Part shown: positions 35,567 through 47,463 of the stretch, piece after piece
How the letters are laid out: every line of letters begins with the position of its first letter
How positions within the stretch are numbered: position 1 is the stretch's first letter
The notes under the pieces: model-generated
Database searches by the model: none
Told to the model about the DNA's origin: nothing
The model's input: the letters and a program-made list of their open reading frames with translations, nothing else
DNA from: Macrostomum lignano
Lineage: Eukaryota
NCBI GenBank assembly: GCA_002269645.1
Contig: NIVC01002162.1
Span: 124,001 to 188,000, forward strand
Direction: 5' to 3'
Length of the DNA stretch: 64,000 nt
Position numbers and translations under genes: made by a program

Positions 35567-38008
35567 TTAATCCTGGTTGATCTTCTTAAACTCGGCCACC
35601 TGAGCCAGCACGTGAGCTAGTATAGCCTTGGCGTCTCGTTTATCTGCTGGCAGTTTGTTAGTAACGCCCAGAATCTCTCCGCACTGCCTAACATAGTATT
35701 CCAAGTCTTCGTCTGTGCACTTGTTAGTAATCTGAGCTAGGCGAACTTTCTCCGTGCTAAACTGTTCGTCTAGATCGAACAGTTCCAGTGCCGGGGCTGG
35801 CAACTCGCGAAAGCTGGGCGGAAACACGGCCGGTTGTAGAGGCGGTAGCGGTGTCTCAAATTGCGGCTGAATCAGCGACAATTGCTCGTGCTTGACGCGC
35901 AGCTTGTCGTAGGCAGCGATGGCCTTGGGCACCAGGCTGGTGTCCATCACGTATAGAGACGAGTCGTACAGGCTCAACACATCTTTTGGTACATCGTCGC
36001 TCTCTTGTAGGCAGGCCTTGAGCTCTTCGGACAGGGCTTCAATGTCCGGCGCGTGCTGATAGTCGGCCACTTCCGGCTCTTCAGCATCGATGGCGTTCAG
36101 TTGCAAACTATCCGAGGACAGGTACTGAAGTAGCACTTCCAGCAGCTGGGACAGGGGCGGGTTGGATGGAAGTTTAGTGTTCGAGTTTAGGGATTGGAGT
36201 TTAGTGTCCGAGTTTGGGTATTGGAGTTTAGTGTCCGAGTTTGGGTATTGGAGTTTAGTGTCCGAGTTTGGGTATTGGAGTTTAGTGTCCGAGTTTGGGT
36301 ATTGAAGTTTAGTGTCCGAGTTTGGGTATTGAAGTTTAGTGTCCGAGTTTGGGTATTGGAGTTTAGTGTCCGAGTTTAGGTATTGGAGTTTAGTGTCCGA
36401 GTTTGGGTATTGGAGTTTAGTGTCCGAGTTTGGGTATTGAAGTTTAGTGTCCGAGTTTGGGTATTGGATTTTTGTGTCCGAGTTTAGTATGTCCGAATTT
36501 TTGTGTACGAGTACGAGTTTAGTGCCCGAGTCTAGGTGCTGGATTTTTGTGTCCGAATTTGAACTGAGTTTCCAAGGTGTCCAACACCAAGGGTGTTTAA
36601 GTTTGGATGTCCAATGGATGTCAAATTTTAATATAGGAATTTATGCGTTAAAGATGTGTGTCTTAGACGGAGTCTACAAGATGTAGTGTGTCCAAGGTTT
36701 AGATCGAGTGTCCGAGATTGATACTAGTGCCCGAGATTAATATTAGTTTCCAAGATCAATTATTAGTGTCCGAGATTAATATTAGTGTCTGAGATCAATA
36801 TTAGTTTCCGAGATCAATATTAATATCTGAGATCAATATTAGTTTCTGAGATTATTATTAGTGTCTGAGATTAATATTAGTTTCTGAGATTATTATTAGT
36901 GTCCGACACTATTAAATAATAGTGTCCGAGATCAATATTAGTGTCCGAGATTGATATTAGTGTCCAAGATAAATATTTCTGTCCGAAAACAATATTAGTG
37001 ACCGAGATCAATATTAGTGTCCGAGATCAATATTAGTGTCCGAGATCAATATTAGTGTCCGAGATCAATATTAGTGTCCGAGATCAATATTAGTGTCCGA
37101 GATCAATATTAGTGTCCGAGATCAATATTAGTGTCCGAGATCAATACTAGAGTCCGATCACAAACTGTTAATTCACTTACCTTGAAATTGTCCTCCTTGT
37201 CGATATACTCGTCCGAGAAGGCGGCGGCAGCACCGAACACGGCCACTTTGCCGCCCCCGCCGCTGCCAGCAGCGCGGCTACTAGACGCGGGAGCAGCAGA
37301 AGCAGCAGCGGCAGCAGCATTGGCAAAGGCGCAGACAGGCCTATTAAGCGGAAACGCTACGCTCCCAGTGCTGAGAACAGCCACGGCCGGCTTAGCGACA
37401 TTAAGCGTGGCGCCGTACGGATAGACAAAGTGCAGCGAAGACTTGTGCACCGACGATGAGTCACCGCCGCCGCCGATACCGGCAATCATCGGCGGGAGAG
37501 CTTTGCCAGCGGCCTCGCTAATCGCCCTATTCAGCACACCGTTGGGCACGTAGCATTCCTTGGGGTGAAAGTACTTATAGTAGGCTGTGCGAACAACGCA
37601 ATCGCTATTTACTGAGATGCCCAACTCTTCTAGAAAGAAATTCACGTTAGTATCGAATCGCGACTCGCCGCCTTCGCCCATGAGCACCAGGATGCTGCCG
37701 CCCTTGGCCAAGTAGGCCTTCATCGCGTCGAACTCGGACACAGAGAACTTCTCATTAGGCAAAGCGACTAGAAATATTCTAGCCTCGGACAGTCGCGACT
37801 CGGTCACTTCGTCTTTTAGGCTGACAATTTTCCAGCTGGATTTCAATTTCCTAGTCAAAGTTTTGAAACCATAGTTGGGACCGAAAGCATCGTGTTTGGA
37901 GGCGTTAATTAGCAGGACATTGCTGCCAGCGATTCCAGCTGAAGCGTCTGGATGGTCGCGGCCTCCGTTCATCACCGCCGATGGCTCCGTGGGCGCCGGG
38001 GCTGGCAT
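35567..38008 (-). CDS. IFT52: Intraflagellar transport protein 52, 2 exons, ~468 aa
   Basis: Exons 38008-37181 and 36145-35567. Motifs GGSILVLMGEGGESRFDTNVNFFLEE, YYKYFHPKE, PQFETPLPPLQPAVFPPSFRELP, LELFDLDEQFS, NKCTDEDLEYYVR. Confidence 0.96.
36170..37150. repeat. Two adjacent minisatellites (27 bp and 19 bp) filling the IFT52 intron
   Basis: GAGTTTAGTGTCCGAGTTTGGGTATTG (36170-36480) and AGTGTCCGAGATCAATATT (36720-37150). Confidence 0.93.
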
Positions 38009-38074
38009 GGCTGCGACCAAATTGCTGCAACAGTGAATTGAAATTGACTTGTCTTGGACACCTTGGGTTTATAG

Positions 38075-38560
38075 GGGAGTGAAACTGCCTTCAGACTGGT
38101 CATTCGGGGAGTGAAACTGCCTTCAGACTGGTCATTCGGGGAGTGAAACTGCCTTCAGACTGGTCATTCGGGGAGTGAAACTGCCTTCAGACTGGTCATT
38201 CGGGGAGTGAAACTGCCTTCAGACTGGTCATTCGGGGAGTGAAACTGCCTTCAGACTGGTCATTCGGGGAGTCAAACTACCTTCAGACTGGTCATTCGGG
38301 GAGTCAAACTGCCTTCAGACTGGTCATTCGGGGAGTGAAACTACCTTCAGACTGGTCATTCAGGGAGTGAAACTGCCTTCAGACTGGTCATTCAGGGAAT
38401 GAAACTGCCTTCAGACTGGTCATTCAGGGAGTGAAACTACCTTCAGACTGGTCATTCAGGGAGTGAAACTACCTTCAGACTGGTCATTCAGGGAGTGAAA
38501 CTACCTTCAGACTGGTCATTCGGGAAGTGAAACTACCTTCAGACTGGTCATTCGGGGAGT
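38075..38560. repeat. 32-bp minisatellite, ~15 copies
   Basis: Unit GGGGAGTGAAACTGCCTTCAGACTGGTCATTC, starting ~50 bp upstream of the IFT52 acceptor. Confidence 0.95.
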
Positions 38561-39139
38561 TAAACTACCCTCTTCAGGTGTCTTTCAGAGTGGCCCTACC
38601 TTCAGGTGTCCTTCAGAGAGTGGAGCCCTACCTTCAGATGTACTTTAGAGAGTGGGGCCTTACCTTCAGGTATCCTTCAGAGAATGACCCTAAACTCAGG
38701 CTTCCTATAACGCATAAAATCAACAAAATACAAGCAAATCCAAACATAAAATAAAAGCTCAGTGCATGCTGAGAAAGTTTATACTTTTTTATGATCGGTT
38801 TAGATGAAAATTAAAATGCGAACAGTCAATATTTATAATTGACGGCATAATCTAGCACTCAAAATGATCATATCATAAATGATCCGTTTAGCAAAATGAG
38901 TCAAAGCAAATTTATTATCTTGATGGAGCACTGAAAAATGATTATACCCCAGAAAATGAACGAGAAGCATTTTTCGATGAAATCGAAATTCTCCGATAGA
39001 TATTTGGTAGCGATCTAAAATATCAAAGGGGGTCAGTTGACCTCCTTATGTCCTCACTCACCTGGCATTCTCTACCTGATATTAGATTTAAACCATCAAA
39101 GGGGGTCAGTTGACCTCCCTATGTCCTCACTCACCTGGC

Positions 39140-40499
39140 ATTCTCTACCTGATATACCCGTTGGCAGCAGGGCTTCCGTCATCTCCCTGGGTATCACCTG
39201 ATTTCATGTAAGGGGCAACAACAAACAAAATTGTAACAATTATACTATCGGTTGAACTGATTGAGCATTTTTATAGCATTTTAGCACTATCAACCTCTTC
39301 TACTAGTAAGCTTACAGTGTATGTTCCCTGTCTCTTCCCTCCTGCTTCCCATTCTCTTCCCTCCCGCTTCCCTGTCTCTTCCCTCCCGCTTCCCTGTCTC
39401 TTCCCTCCCGCTTCCCTGTCTCTTCCCTCCCGCTTCCCTGTCTCTTCCCTCCCGCTTCCCTGTCTCTTCCCTCCCGCTTCCCTGCCTCTTCCCTCCCGCT
39501 TCCCTGTCTCTTTCCTCGTGCTTCCCTGTCTCTTCCCTCCCGCTTCCCTGTCTCTTCCCTCCCCTTCCCTGTCTCTTCCCTCCCGCTTCCCTGCCTCTTC
39601 CCTCCCGCTTCCCTGTCTCTTTCCTCGTGCTTCCCTGTCTCTTCCCTCCCGCTTCCCTGTCTCTTCCCTCCCGCTTCCCTGTCTCTTCCCTCCCGCTTCC
39701 CTGTCTCTTCCCTCCCGCTTCCCTGTCTCTTCCCTCCCGCTTCCCTGTCTCTTCCTCGTGCTTCCCAGTCTTATTCTATTAATCTAGCGGTTCGCAACCA
39801 ACTCACCTTGTCAACCTCCCCGCTAACGACCATACAGGGCGTATCGACTCTTTTATCGTAATACTTATTGTGCCCGCTGCAGGGACTTTTGAATGGCGCG
39901 AACAGGATAGCAAATTTGGGCAGAAGCGACGGCTCCTCGTTCTCTAAGTGTCGCAGTACAATATAGGCCATAGCGGCGCCCTGGCTGAAGCCCATCAGGC
40001 CGTCGTAGGCGTGCTTCCTCAACTGGGCCACAACCAGCTTCAAAGACTCCTCCAATCCGTGCTCCCAGTCACTTTGCTCTGAGGCATTGAATCCGCCAGT
40101 AGGTTTGGAGAACCACCAGGCCCGCTCGGTGCCAGCGGAGCCGCCAGTCAGGCACAACAGGCCGCTATTGTTGCTGACGCCGCTCAAATCGACATCGGCA
40201 GCCGACGGCGAATCAACCAAATGCGGCGCGTCGATAAAATCGTAGCGAATAGTTCGAAAAGTATTCGTAGTCTTCTTAACTAGTTTGCGGAATGCGCCAG
40301 TCTTTTGGCGAAACGAACTGCCAGTCTGACGATAGCCGTGCAGGCACAGTATTCTCATGCTGTCGTCCTCTTCTTCTTCCTCTTTCTCTAATTCCGCTTG
40401 TTTGGTGTCTTTTGCTGCAACTTCTGCAACAAGCGTGTCGCCACCTGCTGCTGCTGGCACCGCTGCTACAGAATCCAATGCGGAGTTGATTGGGTCGGA
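39140..40499 (-). CDS. OVCA2: OVCA2/FSH1-family serine hydrolase (C-terminal exon with catalytic His not located)
   Basis: MRILCLHGYRQ, FIDAPH, RAWWFS, DGLMGFSQGAAM, SGEVDK then GTGAGT; next exon starts VIPREMTEALL at 39197. Confidence 0.85.
39320..39765. repeat. 22-bp pyrimidine-rich minisatellite in the OVCA2 intron
   Basis: Unit CTTCCCTGTCTCTTCCCTCCCG. Confidence 0.93.
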
Positions 40500-40609
40500 C
40501 TGGAAAAGGCAATGTTGGCGTGGAAATTGCGGTAACATGAGCAGGGCGGATAAGCAGTGGATAATCACTGGCTTAGCTGAAGGGAAGTTGCGAAGAGACG
40601 AGAGAAAAT

Positions 40610-41345
40610 GAACAGGTGAGATAGGGAGGAGGGACAGGTGAGATAGGGAGGAGAGACAGGTGAGAGGGAGAGGGACAGGTGAGATAGGGAGGAGGGACAG
40701 GTGAGATAGGGAGAAGAGACAGGTGAGAGGGAGAGGGACAGGTGAGAGGGAGAGGGACAGGTGAGAGTGAGAAGAGACAGGTGAGATAGGGAGGAGAGAC
40801 AGGTGAGAGGGAGAGGGACAGGTGAGATAGGGAGGAGGGACAGGTGAGATAGGGAGGAGAGACAGGTGAGATAGGGAGGAGAGACAGGTGAGAGGGAGAG
40901 GGACAGGTGAGAGGGAGGAGGGACAGGTGAGATAGGGAGAAGAGACAGGTGAGAGGGAGAGGGACAGGTGAGAGGGAGAGGGACAGGTGAGAGTGAGAAG
41001 AGACAGGTGAGATAGGGAGGAGAGACAGGTGAGAGGGAGAGGGACAGGTGAGATAGGGAGGAGGGACAGGTGATATAGGGAGGAGAGACAGGTGAGAGGG
41101 AGAGGGACAGGTGAGAGGGAGGAGGGACAGGTGAGATAGGGAGAAGAGACAGGTGAGAGGGAGAGGGACAGGTGAGAGGGAGAGGGACAGGTGAGAGGGA
41201 GAAGAGACAGGTGAGATAGGGAGGAGAGACAGGTGAGAGGGAAAGGGACAGGTGAGATAGGGAGGAGAGACAGGTGAGATAGGGAGGAGAGACAGGTGAG
41301 AGGGAGAGGGACAGGTGAGAGGGAGAGGGACAAGTGAGATAGGGA
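40610..41345. repeat. 22-bp purine-rich minisatellite
   Basis: Unit G(G/A)GACAGGTGAGATAGGGAGGA and variants. Confidence 0.93.
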
Positions 41346-41744
41346 GGAAGACAGAACGAATAGGAAATATGATAGTGAGATATAAGTAGGATAAGAAGAA
41401 AGCAGAAATCCTGATAAAAAAATCAAATTTTTTGAAAGCCAAGTCAGCGAATGAAACACAGATAATGATCTGAAAAATGAGTTTTTGCGAATATCGAAAA
41501 AATAAAAAATTGGCTTATTCAGTTTAGCTAGTGCAAAAACCAGAACGTCATTACCTAATCTTTATAAACACATTGTTGGAAACTAATGACCTAAGCTTAA
41601 TTTTAAGCAGTCGTCTAAAGCCTTTAGCTTACAAAAATAGACCAAAATGGGTGGAAAACTGTGTAACAGTTCGTAATTAAACCTGTTTTGCCTAACCTAC
41701 TGCTTGATTTTAAATTAACCGATAGCACACTTTGCTCACTGAAT

Positions 41745-43165
<1,421 letters not shown>

Positions 43166-44125
43166 TGTGTAGATGTAAGCAATAAATAAAAATAGCTCCG
43201 GAAAAATCCATTTATCCAAACATTATCCTGGAACCACTACGAGTAACTAATTGACAAGTCAATCGCAACTTTACTATATATCGATTATAGTGTTTAATAA
43301 TTTAGGCATTCGGATAATGGCTTTCATATTGACACGAGCAGTCAATCACTCTGGGAAGGAGAAACGCGGCAAATGCGCAAGATAAATGCGAGGAGCGGAA
43401 TTGGGAAGAATATCCTTTAGATTGACGAAGGAAGAAGTCATTGGGAGTATGGATATTTATGTCAACACCAGAAATGTAATGTAATAAGTTCTAAAAGTGT
43501 TCAAGTCGCTCACTACCCACCACATACTATAGCTAGTCTGTATTTCAGCAGTTCCCCCCTCCCATGAGCCTTGGTATCTCAGCACTTCCCCATCCCACAG
43601 CTGCGATGCAAATGACTCGACCGCAATTTATAAACACAAGCCTATATTTAGACTGAGTGCAATATAATTTGATTATTCAACTGGGCCATGCTTGTTAATT
43701 GAGCGCAGGCGCTTATCTACACATTAAAATTAAACACGTGGCTTGGTCAAAATGAATGATAGAAAAAATCGTTTCAGGAGTTTATGCGAGTGCACAACAG
43801 TGTCCCAACGTGCCTAAAGTGATTCAAACACTCCTTAATTTATTCACCTCTCATTAGCTACTCCGATGTACATATGCAATTGCACGTTCAAGTGATGCCT
43901 TAATTAATAGTAGAGCCAGCTATAAAGTGAAGTTGATTGACAAAAAGGCACGGTGCAAAGACTCATGTGCCTCTCTATATTGCTCAAATACTACCAACCA
44001 ATGAGAATACTTCTGAGCGAGTTGCCAATAGAAACGCCTCGATTCCACCAACATATACTTACTATGAGACAGTTATTATCGCATAAAACCAAACCAGGAA
44101 GCATCGCTCTGCACTTAGCTGCATA

Positions 44126-45719
44126 GTGAAATTAAGGTTTTTTTTAATACACGCCTTGTACAAACTGGATTCAATTACGATAGACAACGTTACTTATCAG
44201 TTTCCAGATAGACCTACCGAATTACTAGAACAATGCACTTCGCAGCATGGTAATAATGAATCTGCTGAACAACGCAACCTGCTATGCACCACGGCTACTC
44301 TGCTTGGCGCCTTGTACGCTTATCCGTTTCCAGCGGTGCTAGCTATCGGCGTCATTGGCAACATACTGACTATAGTTGTACTCGGCTTCAAAAGCATCCA
44401 AGTAAATAGGCACAGCGTCTACCTATGCGGTGTAGCATTTGCTGACACGCTTCACCTGCTATTCGTCGGATTAGGATGGCTATTCTTAGCTAAAGGCTTG
44501 CCGTGGGCAACGGGGGGCAGCAGCTACGTTTATTTGATGAACTTCGGAGTTTGGCCGTGTCGACTGTACAGATTCTTGGCCGGTCTGGCCAGCATACACG
44601 CCTATAATTCGTTTCTACTCGTGGCAGCCGATCGATGCCTAGCTGTGTACTTTCCATTCAAATTTATTAACGTTAGCAACAAGACGGCAATTAGACTGAG
44701 TCTGGCTACTCTGCTTGTTAGCCTGCTTAGCGCTCTACCGTTTGTTGTTATGATGGGATATGTCACCGTGCCGGAGCAGAAACTCGTCTTCTGCTGGCTC
44801 ACCGTCAATAGCGGCGCTTTTCAACTATACGACGCTCTCTATGTCAAAGGTTAGTTATTGAAAGTTTACACTTTTTCTGTTTTTTTACCTATTAAAAGTG
44901 GCTCTAGCTCAGTGGCTTTAGCTGAGATAGAGCCACAGTGGCTCTGGTGGTAGCCCAGCAACTGAGGATCCGGGAGACTGGCCCAGCAACTGGGGATCTG
45001 AGAGGCTGGCTCAGCAACTGAGAATCTGAGAGGCTGGCCCAGCAACTGAGGATCTGGGAGGCTGGCCCAGCAACTGAGGATCTGAGGATATTGGAAAACA
45101 AGCCTGAGGATCAGGGGGGAAGCAGCTCTAAGATTAGGGAAGGAAACGACTCAAAATTGGAGATTGGGGCAGGCGAAAACAAAGATGAAAGTAGAATTAA
45201 TTAGGAAAAAAGTTTTTTAAGCAGGGACATTTAGTTTAGAAGAAAAAGCAATGTCAGTTTATTATTTTTTCGCAAGAAATTGTTCTCAATCAAAAACATC
45301 CTCTAGGCATCGCCCAGATGCTGCTGATATTCCTCATCAACCTGGCTCTGCTAATCAAAATGGCGCAGGTAACCCGCCAGCACAATCGCCTAGTAAATGG
45401 CGGAGCTAATCAGAGCAACATCATGCCGAAACAACTGGAGACGGAAGAAATGAAAGCCACAATAATGATAGTACTGCTATCTGTGTTGGTTTTAATCTGT
45501 GCAGTACCAGCTGCCAGCCTGGGCCTAATCAACTACATCACTGTGTACATCAGCCACAATGCAAGCAATGGCCAGCTGCAGTTAATGTGGAACTGGCTAG
45601 ATATCAGCTTATTCCTTGTGTTTCTAGAGCAAAGCACCAAGTGGATTGTCTATCTGGCGCAGAGCAGGACATTCCGACGAAAGATGATGATTTACCTGCG
45701 GTACAGGAGGCGCAGTTAA
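44126..45719 (+). CDS. Class A (rhodopsin-like) orphan or peptide-type GPCR, at least 2 exons, start codon not found
   Basis: TM1 GVIGNILTIVVL, TM2 LCGVAFADTL, TM3 AADRCLAVYFP, donor AAG-GTTAGT near 44850, acceptor near 45306, TM6 LICAVP, TM7/H8 WIVYLAQSRTFRRKM. Confidence 0.85.
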
Positions 45720-47145
45720 GGCCTAAGCTGGATCCTCAGCAGTCTGCCTGCATCACATAACAGCTGCTTCTGTTTAAATTGTTATAAAAAATATTCAACT
45801 TTTATCTCAAACTTTGTAGAGTAAGCTTAAATATCCCTGGCAAAGTATGAGTCATTTTAGCATTGAAACAACTATACTCGTTCATATGTGCAAAAAAGCC
45901 TACTATCAGTAATAAAATCGAAAAGAATAAAAGTAGAAATGCAATAATAAAATAGCACCTATCAACTAAGCTGCAAAAAATGAAACTCGCTTTCTTTTGA
46001 ATGTATTACTTTTCATTATAAAACAAAAAACAATTCTAGTTTTTATATTTCCAGGTTCATTTAAGCTGTTATCAAATAAGCAATCAAATAAGTCACCAAA
46101 ATCCATTAAAAGTTTGCTATCAAGCATTTGCATGTTTACAATTAATACATTATCATAATATTTCAAAGCCTATTAGTCTAAGACACATTAGGATATATTT
46201 AGGAAATTATTCATAAAAAATAATTTATAGATAAAAATTTAATAGTAAGTAAATATATAAAAATTTATGCACAACTTTCTTATCTAATTATTGCTGAGAT
46301 ATCAAGGATGACTAGGGAAAATTGCTAAGATACCAAGGTGGAGAGGTCAAAAACTATACATTGTTTAATTAGAAAATTACTCCATTCTTTGAATGATTTT
46401 AATTAAATAATATGATTTATTTAACTGAAAAAGGAATGCTACTAAAGAAATATGCTTACATTTTAAAGGATTCTCAAATAATTTTTATTCATTGCTTTTG
46501 TATATCCCATAGGGCTAGTCTCTCTATCGCTAGTCTTTACCCTAAAACCAATGGTCATCAAGTGGCAGCCTTAATCCAAATCTAGCCATAACTCTTCACT
46601 CTACCCTTACCAATACCAACCTAAACTAAGGTCCTTATGTTACAAATTGCATCTCCTTTAGTTATGGTAAGAACTGTGGGGATGATAAGAATTAGACTGA
46701 TTTGGGGCTAAAATCTAAGAAAAGTTTATTATTGGCTTTGAGAAAGACATTTAAATATCTTTTATTAAATGTAAAAGTACACTACAAGCAAAATTTGATA
46801 CTAGGAACATGACTACACAGAATTATAGAAACATTATTTTTTAAGCAATAGAAATAGACTTTTATTCAATTTGAATCTAATGATTTCTCTAAATAGGATA
46901 TTAAATATGTTTAAGCATATAAGCATACTAATTGATTTAATTATCTATATTGGACACTATTCATTTCTATATCCCACATGTCTAAATTTAATGTCATATA
47001 AAAAACCAAGGTACTAGCTAGCATCAATCAAAAAATAGAAATCTAGATACTTATATAATAGGCTTCATTTTTAGTAGACTAACTCTCTTAGAAATATAAA
47101 AATTCAAAACTCCATTATTTTTATACTATACTATTTGCTTACTTA

Positions 47146-47463
47146 GGGGGGCCGTAGCCCAGCGGTCTAGCACAGGCTCTGGTGTGCCAGCGACCCAGAC
47201 TCGATTCCAAGTGCAGTCACATTAATTTGGGGCTGAATTGGAATCTTGGCTTGGCTCTGCTCGTGCAATTAATGGCCTTGAGAGCCAAACCCCCCAAGGC
47301 GCAGTGAAGTGTACATGCCTAACGATAAAATAAAGTTAGGGCCGCTGTACACTCCTGTATGAGTGTGTGCCTGCGTACGTATCTGCGCGCTTGTATGCCT
47401 GCTCAGGGGAGTCGGCGGAATGGGCAGTAATGCCTCTCGCCAGTTGTGTGCCTATGCCATGGT
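47146..47463 (+). mobile_element. tRNA-derived SINE (copy 3), 5' part; probable 3' part with A-tail at 53396-53457
   Basis: Head GGGGCCGTAGCCCAGCGGTCTAG...ACTCGATTCC, core AACCCCCCAAGGCGCAGTGAAGTGTACATGCCTAACGAT...GGGCCGCTGTACAC, tail GTGCCTGCGTAC. Confidence 0.75.

Noticed and set aside
40505-41459. Long SLSPVPLPLTC N-terminal extension of OVCA2 in the 562-aa ORF
   Set aside because: It derives from the 22-bp array upstream of strong splice acceptors.
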